Source: Podarcis liolepis (Eukaryota). Taken from it: DNA of 64,000 bases. Below the pieces are notes generated by a model, which was not told the DNA's origin, made no database searches, and worked only from the letters and a program-made list of their open reading frames with translations. Position 1 is the stretch's first letter, and each line of letters begins with the position of its first letter. The DNA is taken from the NCBI GenBank assembly GCA_965112155.1, contig OZ218104.1, one strand, 5' to 3'. The translations under genes and the position numbers were made by a program. Positions 1-12,232 of the stretch are shown here, one piece after another.

Positions 1-358
1 ACTTTTCTTTATCTTGGGATGATAAATCTGCTCCAGTTCCCAAGTCCTGCTCCAGTTCCCAACTCCAAGTCCCTCGTCACCTGGAGGTCCCAGCTGCGTC
101 ATAGATCCAGCCAGCCAATCTGCTGGCGGGGGGGGGGGGGTTCATCGAGCTCCCCCTACTGGTGGTTGACCCTTACAGGACTCCCTGCGTGACAGGCAGG
201 AGTCAGATATAGTCCGATCAATTCCAGTGCCTAAGCCAATACTGCTCACATTCTGTAACCAATAAAGTTGTGGCCTAAATTTGCCCAATAACATTAACCT
301 AATATCTGTGTCCTTGTGTCTCATTCATCAACGAGGGGGTGGCCTTGGGGTCTCGACA
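1..358 (+). mobile_element. Probable 3' part of a retrotransposon LTR (solo-LTR-like)
   Basis: GC-richer segment with CCAAT-like motifs, AATAAA at 261-266, and an end at ...GGGGTCTCGACA (LTR-type CA end) before AT-rich intron. Family not identified. Confidence 0.4.
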
Positions 359-1169
359 CGCAAACTTGCTGTGTTTGTTTTTGTTTACACTCATAGGGTA
401 GTGTACTGAAATGAAGCAAATACAAATTTAATAAAAACTTTACCAAATTATAGCTGGTACATAAAAAATCATAATGTAGTACAGCAGGGGAAAAGTCGTC
501 AAATTAATCTAAACCACTGTTAAAAATTTCACAGAAGAGATTCATATTTACTTGCGTCAGTGTGGAACGAGTTCCATTTATGTGGAGGAGCTCACTACTG
601 AAAAGCCCTCATGGCTATGGGCCAGGATCTACTAGAGCAGGGGTTATGGACTCTTTGGGTCCATGTGTACATTTGCAAACTGGATAAACTGTTATGAGCA
701 ACACACACACATACACACTGCAACTAAGCAACTATTCTATTGGCTACAATAGAATGTTTCTTTCAAGACTTATTTCAGCAGGGGGAGGAAAACCTATGGG
801 TGCCAAGGGAGTTCTGCAGGTGTGTCTGTAGGTACCATGTTGGTGACCCCTGCACTAGAGGAACACATAGAATGGTCTTACACTAAGTCAGACCATTAGT
901 CCACCTAGCTCATCTAGCTTTTGTCTATGCCAACTGGCAGTGGCTCATCAAGATTTCAGAAGGGAGTCTTTCCCAGTCCTACCTGGAGATCCCAAGGATG
1001 TCAGGGAACCATTGCTTTGTTGAAGGTGAGACATACCAGTGGGACTGTGTTCCTAATGTCATATTCATTGTGTTTATTTTTATCTCATGATATCTATATT
1101 GTGTATTTAATATTACTTGAAAGCAATATTATAAAGGGAAACTCACAACAAATCTGGTTTTAATTGCAG

Positions 1170-1245
1170 GAGGCCCATGGAATTTCACTTTCAATGTCAA
1201 GTTCTATCCTCCGGATCCAGCACAGCTGACAGAGGACATAACAAG
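1170..1245 (+). CDS. EPB41: EPB41 exon 7 (FERM): [26 protein letters not shown]
   Basis: ttgcag| acceptor, AG|gtctgt donor, 76 nt; peptide matches the 4.1R FERM domain. Confidence 0.96.
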
Positions 1246-2851
1246 GTCTGTAGTGCTCTTAGGAAAGCTAACAATCAAGAAATGTTGTAATTTAGGAAAG
1301 TGTAATGGGAGGCAGGATATAACTGTGACAAATAATGAATGAAATTATAAGATAAAACAACTGATAAATACTCATCAGGATTCAAAGAACTGTGTGCTTA
1401 GTCCCAGAAGCCTAAGGACTCTAAAACTTGCATTTCTGTTTGACAAGCTACGTTATGACGCATGACAAACAGCTTTGGAAAAGAGAGGTGTTTGAAAAGC
1501 TGTTTGTGATACGCTGTTTTTGAATATTTATTATTTATTTAGTTCATAAAATTTATACACTACTTGATTGTAAAAAAACCCTCAACATTTCTTATGAAAG
1601 ATAAAACAGTAAAATCAGTAAAAAAATTACAACCCTGTGTATATGTATGTAGAACTAATGACAGGGAATCCCAAATTCAAAGAGTTATTACATTGCTTGT
1701 CAACTTAGTAACATGACTGACTTAATGTCTGGTAATAAGGGAACTCAGTGGAGCATTTTAGAGAATTTGGAAATAGATTGTGTCCCTGTACAAGTAATAC
1801 CTTCTTTAAAAAACAAACTCCATTCTTTATACTAGCTTACAAACCCATTCATACTTCCAACTTAAAAAAAATTGGGAAAACTGGCCTGTAAAAAGGCAGT
1901 TGTGAGCATGAGAAATTTAAGACTGTAAACCTCTTTAAGCTCTAAACATGCAATGAACAATGGATGGTATCCAGTCTTTCACATGAGTGCTGGAAAGAAC
2001 AGGTGCTCAGTGGCATACCTCTGACTGCACTGTTGGATCTGCAGGTCCATGTCCCATGCTAGGGAAAGTATCTCTGGATCTTGCACTTTCCGGTTGATGG
2101 CGTGGTGGCCAAAAGGTAGCAGGAGGAGGTTGAGTGGCTTGGCGGCTTGGCTGCAGAACTCAAGAGGGTTCCCTCTCCAGGTGTGATCTCCTCTACCAGA
2201 TGTAACCAGGATTCATTGGGAACCTCTTAGACAGGAGTAATTTGTGTACAAGGGCCAGCCCAGACCCGAGAGGCTAGTTTCATTGCTAGGAGGCACAATT
2301 GCAGAGCAACAGTCAGGGACCTGAAGAATCCATCAACCCCTGGGAAAAGAATATGGTGCTGACTGCCCTGCACACCTAGTGTCCGCTCCATTTGCACACC
2401 CAGAGGCTTCTGTATCCCATCTTCCATTTTATTGGATATAGGATCTTGCTCATTATACAGGTCCAGTGTTATTTTCTTGTTGAGGAACTTATTTTATTTT
2501 TCTGCTATCAGTCAGCTGTAAATAACAGAGGAGAAAAGAGACTGAGTGTTATGCTATGTAGTGATAACCAAGTGCCTGTTCCAGATTGTGTAGTATGAGC
2601 ATCCTCACCTGATCGTCGTTGTCTATGTTAAATACAGACAAACAATACTTTATTCATGTGGGTTCTCTGTCCATATGGCCTGGTACAATTTGCAGTCATA
2701 TGAAAGTAGGGGTAGACTGTTCCAAGCGAGAAGCACACTAACATATTTCTAATGAAGAACACTGTTGTGGTGCTAGCCAGCACCAACATCCACTGTTTTG
2801 TCATCAGAATTTGAATTCCCCATTCTGAGGCTTTCTTTTCTTCCTTTGTAG

Positions 2852-3070
2852 GTACTATTTGTGTCTCCAGCTAAGAAAAGACATTCTCAGTGGACGGCTT
2901 CCTTGCTCCTTTGCTACATTAGCTTTGCTGGGTTCTTACACAATCCAGTCAGAACTAGGAGACTTTGACCCAGATCTTCATAGCCCAGATTATGTCAGTG
3001 AATTTAAGCTGGCCCCAAATCAGACAAAGGAACTGGAAGACAAGGTCATGGAACTACATAAGACCTATAG
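2852..3070 (+). CDS. EPB41: EPB41 exon 8 (FERM): [73 protein letters not shown]
   Basis: pyrimidine tract then tag|, AG|gtaatt donor, 219 nt, phase 2-2; ORF 2859..3074. Confidence 0.97.
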
Positions 3071-4784
3071 GTAATTTTAAATTTAGCATTTTTGTATGAC
3101 TTTTTAATGTTTACATTGTTATTAGCTTCATTTTATTGATGCTTATGATACATATTGTAAACCTCCCTGGGATTTTGGATCAATGAGGGGCTGAATAGAA
3201 ATTGAAATAATAAAATTAATATGCTAAAAAGAAATTTCATATAACCTTAAAGGGAAATAGGATCTATGCAAAAGAAAACTGTGAATAGGGGTGCAAAAAT
3301 CCAGGTCCCCAGTAACAATTGGTACCCCAGAAACTAAGTCTGATGACTAGCATTGAGACTGCTGCAGGGGTCAGGAAGCAGATTTTTCTTCATTTGTTTC
3401 TTGTGAGTCGGGGATCATCAGTATGGTGACCTCCTGACGTTGTTGGACAGCAACTCCCACCATTCCTGACCATTGGCCATGCTGGCAGCAACATCTGGAG
3501 GGGGCCATATTGGCTTTTCCTGTTCTAAGTTGCATGCACCAAAAAAAAAAATTAAAATAAGATAAAGTTGAAGAACGTGCAAGTGTGAAGACATGTACAA
3601 GTATTTGAAACCTGTTCTGTGAAGTAGCATCTGACATTTGCAAAATACTTTCAAGGCCTTCAAACATGCCCCCCCCAAATTGGAGATTATCTTTTGTCCA
3701 AAACATTTCATGTGTGAAGCATCCCTTAATTGTGCTACTGTTGGGAATTATTCAAACCCCTGTGTATGGATCTTCAATTGGACTTATGTTTAATTAACAT
3801 AAAAAAATGACATGGAACTTTGCACTGGGTGTGATTTAAGACTCATTTCTAAGCATCTTTGATACTTGAGCTTGGTAAAAAATATTTTATAACAATACTT
3901 GTTACAGTTACCCTGAAGTGTATTTTGAAACTCTTTTCAGTAATAGATTGTGGCTCAATTCTCAATGCACCATATGGCTGGAAGAGACGTCTCATACTGT
4001 TAGGAATAACTTCTATAAATACTCCAGTCCTTCTGTTCCATGAATACACAGCAAGACTAGAAAGGAGGTGGGAGGTTTAAACATTTAAACAAAGCATCTG
4101 TGAAGCGCTGTCTTGCTGTACCACTGAGATGAAGTTTGTTAGTAAAGTTCAAGACAGAAAACAGCCTCATATTGAGCATAAGTTCACATAACTCCATATT
4201 TACTTGTCCCTAGCATGTCTTTTCCCTTAAGTGATTTCGTATGCCCTTGCTTTTAATTTTCAAGAGCTGCAGCTTAGTTCTAAGCCTGGTTACTCAAGAA
4301 ACTGGCACTGTGTTAAGTGAAGTTCACTCCCAGGAAGCCATGCATAAGTTTGTAACCTTAACTGATTTGTTGATTTATTACTTTTTTTTACTCCCCAACT
4401 GTTCCAGTGTTTTTATTGTATACATATCTGAGATACATTTTTCTGGTAGCCTTTGGCCATATGTTTCTGTTTTCTTTAGTTTGTCTAGTTTAATTTGTTA
4501 ACCACATTCTTGCAAGCTAACCTCTTTTGGAGAATCTGTAGCAAATAGATAATTCCTAGGATGTTGTATAACAATAATAATAATTATTTTAGAAAGTTAC
4601 CATTCTAGTGCTAAAGAACTCACTGAAGGGTTAAAAAAACAAGAGATTTGCAGGATCCATTTTTTTATTTCTTTTGATAAATGCATGTACTGTAGTATCT
4701 GCTATTGATTTATTTTTTTTAAAACCACCCTGCGAAATAAGCAAATAGTGGGCTTGCTATATCATTTCCATTATATTTCTGTAG

Positions 4785-4872
4785 ATGTATGACTCCTGCT
4801 CAAGCTGATCTGGAATTTCTTGAGAATGCCAAAAAGCTGTCTATGTACGGAGTTGATCTTCATCACGCCAAG
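4785..4872 (+). CDS. EPB41: EPB41 exon 9 (FERM): [29 protein letters not shown]
   Basis: ctgtag| and AAG|gtagaa, 88 nt; contains the FERM YGV motif. Confidence 0.96.
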
Positions 4873-6973
4873 GTAGAAGAAAATACTTGTTTCATATTAT
4901 AATATTTTTACTTTTAATGTGCAAAGCCCTTGGTTTTCAGCTTCTCCCTCCTACTCTATACCGTGAGTAGGGAGGGTTCTTGGTTTTTATCATGCTCCAG
5001 TAGGTGCCCCTCAGGGTCTAAGATCCCATCCAGAGAAGTATAAGTCTTCTCCCAAGATATTCACAAAGGAGAGCTGGGATGATGTTCCAGCAGTGTCCAA
5101 AACAAGCAAAGGACCATACTGTAATCCATAGACAAAGGCAGGTAACAGTCCCAGGTCAAATCCATCCAGGCAAGGATACAACACAGCAGGCAGAGGAGAC
5201 AAGGTCCTGGTTCAAGAAGCCAGAGACCTATGTTGTTTCCAAGTCAAATGGACAGTGGCCTCCTCGACCACAGCTTGCTCTCAGTGAGTCCTCTATTCTA
5301 GATCCATAGACACATGCTGTGTTGTTACTCTTCAACCTGGACTTGGACCTTTTGGCACTGGCATTCTCAAGGGCTGGGGGTGGGATTTTACTTCCTCCTT
5401 TAACAACACTGATGGTTCTTCAGCAAATCTCCCTCTGGAGATTCCTTCCAGGTGATCCTCAGCACTTGTTCCAATGGATCTTGCCTCCTCCCCTATATCT
5501 TTGATGTATAGGGTGTTGGGTTTGTTCTCTGAGAACTATGTGTATGGTACTGGTTCATGGCTAGGCATGAGAGTTTTGGATTATTGCAACAGAGGTTGAA
5601 GCCAAGGAATTCCTCATGTGATCTAGTTAATCTAATCATACTTGGAATGGGTTTACAGCCTAAAATGTGGTGTCCGCCCTACAGATGACAGAGTTCATAC
5701 CTCATTCAGAAATAACATTCTTGACCATTTAAAAATGGTTGCTATGTATTTGATGTTTACAACCACATAGTAACCAAATCAGTATATCTTTCAATTTATA
5801 GATAAGGGTCTGTTGGATACTTTGGGGTGAATTCATTCCTATGGAATCTGCTGTCACATTTCATTCTGTAGTGTATCTGAGTGACTGTCCCACAAAGACA
5901 TAAGCTGCAATCCTGTACACACTTAGGAGTAAGTTCCATTAAACTGAATGGGGCTTACTTCTGAGTAGACATGTATTTGATTGCTAGCCTGTACACCCTC
6001 ATTGTTCTCTACCCAAAGGAGGGAGTTTCATTAGAACCCATCATTGCTCTAAAATCTCTTGGATTCTGCAGGAGATGTTCCATCATACCCAGTTGCTTTG
6101 AGTTTGTGAGACCTGCTATAGGGCATGGAGCATATTAAATGTATTTTATTGGCCTGTGTGTATTATGCTGCTAGATAAAGTTTTTTAAAATTGGTTTTTT
6201 ATAGTTGATTGTGCATTAGTAGCCTTTGGTTCAGAAAGGTGAGTTGTATTTTCTGAAAAGATCTAAATTTGTCACTGTGTGGCAGAATAATCTTAATGAG
6301 ATGGTCAATAAAAACTCGACTGGAAAGATTTTTAGTATTGATGCTTTTGTACTGAGCCAATCATTAAATAATCAGAGCACAACTGTGACTGCTGGGTGTA
6401 CTAGTATCCTAGTTTCTTTAAAAAAATTAGCTTGTCCGGGGGTGGAAGTTTTTCACTCATCTATTCTATTTCCACTTGAATCTTTCTATTTTTGTGAGTA
6501 GAAAAGTCAGTTCCTGGTAGTGTGTATATATAGCCTAAGTACAATTTTCTTTCTACCCTAGGACTTATAAATAAACTTGCTCATGGCCTTTTTGTCATTG
6601 CTCTTCCGTCTGGGACAGTGATTGTCAGTGACAGGACCTACAGAGGTCCCCCTGATAATCAATTGTTTGAAGATAATGCAGTACAGGACACTTAGGGAGG
6701 AGAGTTTTTCATATAAGAGGTAGTGGAAAGAGTTGTCATGTCTGCAAATACATGTTGGGAGGAATGCTTAAGCAGTTAGTGATTTCTGGCTGTTGAATGT
6801 TTGAAAAGTGGGGAGACAGATTCAGTAGCATCATAAAAATCAAGTAACAGAAGATCTCACTACGGATTCTGGGGCCCGAGAAATGAGTAAGGGGCATAGA
6901 GGGCGAGTGCTTTGAATGCTGAAAAGTGGATTTGCCAACTGTGTGAAGTGTGTTCCGAACTCTGCTTTTGTAG

Positions 6974-7126
6974 GACTTGGAAGGTGTGGATATTACTTTG
7001 GGAGTCTGCTCCAGTGGCCTTCTTGTGTACAAAGATAAATTGAGAATCAACCGTTTCCCTTGGCCCAAAGTGTTGAAGATTTCCTACAAGCGCAGCAGCT
7101 TTTTTATCAAAATTCGACCTGGCGAG
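6974..7126 (+). CDS. EPB41: EPB41 exon 10 (FERM C-lobe): [51 protein letters not shown]
   Basis: ttgtag| and GAG|gtaagc, 153 nt, phase 0-0. Confidence 0.97.
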
Positions 7127-7350
7127 GTAAGCTATGGAGTCATATACTATTTTCATTCCTTTTTTAAAAATCTGACTTCTGTCTAAGAAAAATATTGACA
7201 GAGCAGATGAACTGTTCTGCAGATTGTCCAAATTGTATTGCAGTGGACAGAGGTCTAACATGATAGTTTTCTGGCTTGATACAATGCACTTTATGTGAGG
7301 CTGTCCTCAAACATAGTTTGAAACTTACTCTGTACTGTTGCTCTCTACAG

Positions 7351-7448
7351 CATGAACAATATGAAAGTACAATTGGATTCAAGCTTCCTAGTTATCGGGC
7401 AGCTAAGAAGCTGTGGAAAGTTTGTGTTGAGCATCATACATTTTTCAG
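7351..7448 (+). CDS. EPB41: EPB41 exon 11 (FERM): [33 protein letters not shown]
   Basis: ctacag| and AG|gtatgt, 98 nt; includes the [16 protein letters not shown] calmodulin-binding segment of 4.1R. Confidence 0.97.
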
Positions 7449-7590
7449 GTATGTTTCTTTTCCCCCATCCAATATGACAAATGGTGTGTGTGTGTGTGTG
7501 TGTGTGTAAAAGCTGTACGTTTTTATTCCAGTTGTTGGTATACATTGCCAGGAGTTGGGAAGGAAGCCTCTAATTTGCACAGGAAAACAG

Positions 7591-7775
7591 GAACATAGGA
7601 AGTTGCCTTACACCTAGTGGTCAAACCCTTGGTCCATCTAGCTCAGTATTGTCTACACTGACTGGCAGCAGCTCTCCAGGGTTCTAGGCAAGAGTCTTTC
7701 TTAGCCCTACCTGGACATTCTGGGGACCTTCTGTACACAAAGCGATGATCTGCCACTGAGCTAAGGCCATTAATC
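7591..7775. mobile_element. Squamate short interspersed repeat copy (related copies near 861-1010, 8360-8480 and 19900-20050)
   Basis: Recurrent motifs GGTCCATCTAGCTCAGTATTGTCTACACTGACTGGCAG and CCCTACCTGGA at several places in the window. Confidence 0.55.
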
Positions 7776-7784
7776 TGCAAATGC

Positions 7785-7786
<2 letters not shown>

Positions 7787-7831
<45 letters not shown>

Positions 7832-8140
7832 TTATACCCTGCCCATCTGGCTGAGTTTCCCCAGCCACTCTGGGCGGCTTCCAATCAAGTGTTAAAAACA
7901 ATACAGCATTAAATATTAAAAACCTCCCTAAACAGGGCTGCCTTCAGATGTCTTTTAAAGAGAAGATAGCTGCTTATTTCCTTCCCATCTGAAGGGAGGA
8001 CGTTCCACAGGGCGGGTGCCACTACCGAGAAGGCCCTCTGTCTGGTTCCCTGTAACCTCACTTCTCACAATGAGGGAACCGCCAGAAGGCCCTCGGCGCT
8101 GGATCTCAGTGTCTGGGCTGAACGATGGGGGTGGAGACGC
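7787..8140 (-). mobile_element. LINE (L2/CR1-type) 3' end with (TTA)n tail, reverse orientation
   Basis: (AAT)n at 7787-7830 followed by sequence that is the reverse complement of 16660-16872 (e.g. CATCTGAAGGCAGCCCTGTTTAGGGA, CCCAGCCAGATGGG). Confidence 0.7.
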
Positions 8141-8740
8141 TAATAAAATGTAGGTAGTCAACTTTTACCATTGAAAGAATGAAGAAATGAGAATGTGGTA
8201 ATAGGAATGAGTGCTCATAAAGGGATTTAATTAACTGAGGACCACTGTGGTACAGTAGGGTGGATGAACCAGGGATACGTGGGTTCAGATCTCCACATGA
8301 CTTTCTCAGAACCATCTTGGATGAGTCATTGTCTTCATTCAATGTAATGCTAAGATTATAGGAAGCTGCGTTATACAGAAGCAGACTATTGATTTACCTT
8401 CCTCAGTAGGTTCCCCTGGGTTTCAGGTAGCAGTTCCTCCTAGCCCTTCTGCATGCAAAACAGCTGAGCTGTGGCCTTTCCCCATGGCTTGCTACCCTAA
8501 GTGCAGCTGTTTATTTTTCTCATATGAGTGAATGGTACTCATATGTGGGGGAAATATAGGGGGAGCACTTGGTGACACCATTGGGGTTGTGATGGCCACC
8601 ATGATTTAACTCATACAATTTAAGTTCCTATGGGTTTATCTTATGCAAATAATTGCCACCACGCTGGATCTTATTTGACTCGTCATTATTGGTTTATTAG
8701 TTGGAGATGAGTAATGTGGAAATATTCACATGCATTTTAG

Positions 8741-8913
8741 GCTAACATCCACTGAAGCAATTCCCAAGAGCAGGTTCCTGGTACTGGGTTCTAAATTCCG
8801 ATACAGTGGTCGGACACAGGCACAGACAAGACAAGCTAGTGCCCTGATTGATAGACCTGCACCACAGTTTGAACGGACAGCAAGTAAACGGGCCTCTAGA
8901 AGTCTTGATGGCG
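8741..8913 (+). CDS. EPB41: EPB41 exon 12 (FERM-adjacent): [57 protein letters not shown]
   Basis: ttttag| and G|gtgagt, 173 nt; [12 protein letters not shown] motif. Confidence 0.97.
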
Positions 8914-9675
8914 GTGAGTATCTAAACTTCCCTGCTTTGCTATAGGGACCCCCTTATACCAGTCTTAATCTGTAGATTTTCTGTTTACAGATTCTGCTCA
9001 GAGCTTCGGTTTAATTTGGTTTTCAGATGTTCATATTCGTTTAAAGGTTTTTTCTTTATCAAGTGGTGTTTTCTTTTAAAAATTATTAAATTAATTTGTT
9101 TTACGAGGTTGTCCATGGTATATGCCCTAGGGGAAGAAAGAATGTAGAACTCAGTAACTTATACACAGTTCTTACCACATCCTGAACACATGGGTGCCAC
9201 TGCAACTCCATGGCTTCTCTGTTGGGAAATGTGAGGAGCCGGTTTCTAAGAGCATTGATGCTGGTGTGAGAAGTCACAACATAGGCTCTTCACATTTGGT
9301 CCAAGGTTACATGGGACAAGGCATGATTGGGATTGTAATGAATCCCAAGCTGATGAGATAATGTAAGAACTGGACTCTAAAATTCTGAACGTTCATAAAG
9401 GTAGCTTTTATATTATCCCCCCAAATTAAATGGTGTGCCTTTGAATGCATCCTGTTAATTCTAACTAACAGCTGTACAATTTGAGATAAAATTGTAAACT
9501 ATTTTGGAATGAGGCAAAATTCCACTTTCCATCATTGCCCTGCTGAAACTCAAATTGAAGAACCAACAACAAAGAATAAGAGCAAACAATAATTATATCC
9601 AGACTAAAATCTACAATGTTCTCTTTATATATACTATATCCTGAATATTCTGTAACATGTACACAATTTCTTCAG

Positions 9676-9792
9676 CTAAACGTGGCTCTCAAAAAATAGA
9701 GTTCAAACCCGTAGAGGAGGAGAAGCAGGAGGATGTGGTGTTGGTTGGGGTTCCGGAATCAGAACCTGTGGAACAAATTCGAGAGAAGCCAG
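9676..9792 (+). CDS. EPB41: Putative EPB41 cassette exon 12a: AKRGSQKIEFKPVEEEKQEDVVLVGVPESEPVEQIREKP
   Basis: tttcttcag| and CAG|gtatcg, 117 nt, phase 1-1 matching exons 12/13, open frame, purine-rich. Confidence 0.72.
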
Positions 9793-11604
9793 GTATCGCT
9801 GTGGGTAGCTCTGATTCTCTCTCTCTTCTTGCCTCTGCGGTGCCTTTTCTATCCTTTCATGAGCTGAGACATCTTATCTGAATCTGAAATGCTTCGTATG
9901 TTCTGGCACCCGTTTTTCCCCCTTCAGAGAAATAAAACAATGTCTTAACTGGTCAGAACACAGTTGGCCACTTCTGTACTTCACTCCGTAAAAGCCCTTG
10001 CATCAGCAGTAGCATAGATTTCAGAGGGCTGCCAAAAATGCTTTGCACTTTGAATTAATTGTCAGGTGACTGAAATACAAATATTTGCTCATGCTGTATC
10101 AAATTGCAACATAATGGAATGGAAAGAAAAGAACTTGAGATGGAGCTGTCTCCCCCCACTCCTGCCCCTCACCACCCCACATCTGAATTCTCAGATTGAG
10201 AGCTTTGTAATTGCTGTGCTGGAAAATAATAGATTTGCAACCCTAAAATTGTATTCAAACTCTCCCAGGTGTATAGGACACACTTGCTTCTTTCAGTTGT
10301 TTCAGAATTAATGTTAATGAGGCCTTAAGTTTCTTACGAAAACCTAAGTGTGTCTCTAAAGACATATAATTTTTCATAATACTTTCCCCAAAAACTGATA
10401 CTTAGAAACTGCATAGCTTCTCATCTAATATACATTTGCATTTGCTATGTTAGCGGAGCACATTTCTGTCGTAATGAAAAGACTCTTACAATGGGTCTTG
10501 AACTAGTTTTCAGTTTGGCTTCTTCACGCTAACCTTTCATGTTATTCTGTTATATTCTTATCAACAGGATCTAATCAGAGCATTCTGCTTATTGGTATTG
10601 GGAGCTCCTTTTTAGCTTTATACAAATGAAGTAGGGTTTATCCCTGTACATTTCTTTCTGCATGAATTCATTTTAGAAATCTAGTGGGGGGTTTTTTATT
10701 ATTTGAGCACTGGAGAATCATTTCTTGCGCACAATATTAACATTGCATACTATAAGGCTGAACAAAAGTACTTGAGAGATGTGGCCTCTTACAGAACAAC
10801 ATCTTAGCTGATACAAAAGCATGCTCTTTGTACTTATTTTAGTGTGCAGGTGGTGGAGTTGTGATGGGGATCTAACTTCTTAAGTGACTTTAGACAAACT
10901 GTATTCTCTTCAGATGTGTGCCTCTGTTGTAAATAAGAACAATATAACCATAATGATTGTACCACTAATACACTAAATTCTTCATATAGGTAAAATTTTT
11001 TTTTAAAGCTCTGCCTGTTGGCTGACTATTGGACTTTCGCATTTTAGAGGGAGGGTTGTATCCAGTGCTAGTAATACTCAGAGTAAACCCGTTGAAATTA
11101 ATGGACATGACTAATATATCAAGTGTTAGGATTGTCAAAAGGCAGCAGCAGCCTTGGTAGTTCTTTCACCCTCATAAGTTTGAAGGTTGGTGATCCAGGT
11201 GAGGACATTTTCTGTGGCAACCTCTAATCTATGGAATTCTCTCCATACAGAGGTGCAGCTGGCACTTTCGCAGTATAGCTTTTGTCATACGCTAAAGCTC
11301 CAGCTCTTTACCCTGGCCTTTGACACCTGAGAGAGAGAGAGATTTTAGGTCCCACACCGTTAGTCTGAAATTATTTTTTAAAACTGTTTTAATAACGTAT
11401 TTTTATATTATTGTAGCATTTTCTGGAACCTTAGGGTGAAGGGTAGGTAAGAAATCCAATGAACAGTAAACACCGACAATGACAACAACTTATGTAGGTC
11501 CATTAATTTAAATGGGTCTGCTTTGAGTAAAGCTTTGATACAACCTAGAGGGTTTTAAAAATTGAAATCTTACTGGCGGTTTATTAACTGTGCAATTCTT
11601 CTAG

Positions 11605-11721
11605 CGAAAGATACGCTTGAGAATTTTGAAAAAATAGTGACTGAGGAAGAGCTGAAGTTTGAAGTATTTAAAGTTCCTGTTCCAGAAACAAAATTAGTGG
11701 AATCATTAGAAAAACAGTCAG
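11605..11721 (+). CDS. EPB41: Putative EPB41 cassette exon 12b: AKDTLENFEKIVTEEELKFEVFKVPVPETKLVESLEKQS
   Basis: ttcttctag| and CAG|gtacaa, 117 nt, phase 1-1; 13/39 ungapped identities to 12a. Confidence 0.65.
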
Positions 11722-12106
11722 GTACAAGTGTGACAGCTTCTCATATGAGTGTGGTTTAACATTCCTTTCTGCTTTCTCCCCTGTTGAGAATATTAAGATC
11801 CTAAAGGCTAATATCAATAATATAAGCCCCCACATGATAGTCGCTGAACTAACCATACCATACACAAAAGTATGCAACCTTTCTAAATAAATCAATAGCA
11901 ATTTTATGCTGTATCTGTCTTTGTGTAGTGCATGATTTATTGAAACATATTACTGGAATCTTATTTTTAAAAGCTTAAGATAAGGAATAATAAATACTCT
12001 GTAAGGTTAGCATTCGGGCAAGGCAAGATTTGCCAGCAAATGTAGTCCTAGTAGTCTTTCCCTTTTATTCTTAACAGTTTTAAAACGAATGCATAACTTT
12101 TTTTAG

Positions 12107-12232
12107 CCATACATGTTCTTGAAAAGTTTGACATAAGCCCAATAAAAGAAGAGGAGAAGGAAGAAAAAACAATTGTGGTGCAGAATCTAGAACAAAAACC
12201 GCTATTACTTGAAACAGTTCAGGAGGAGTCAG
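12107..12232 (+). CDS. EPB41: Putative EPB41 cassette exon 12c: AIHVLEKFDISPIKEEEKEEKTIVVQNLEQKPLLLETVQEES
   Basis: tttttttag| and CAG|gtataa, 126 nt, phase 1-1; downstream intron resembles that of 12b. Confidence 0.65.

Noticed and set aside
4990-5690. Possible LTR-retrotransposon fragments
   Set aside because: Composition suggests a repeat, but no termini, TSD or coding motif could be defined
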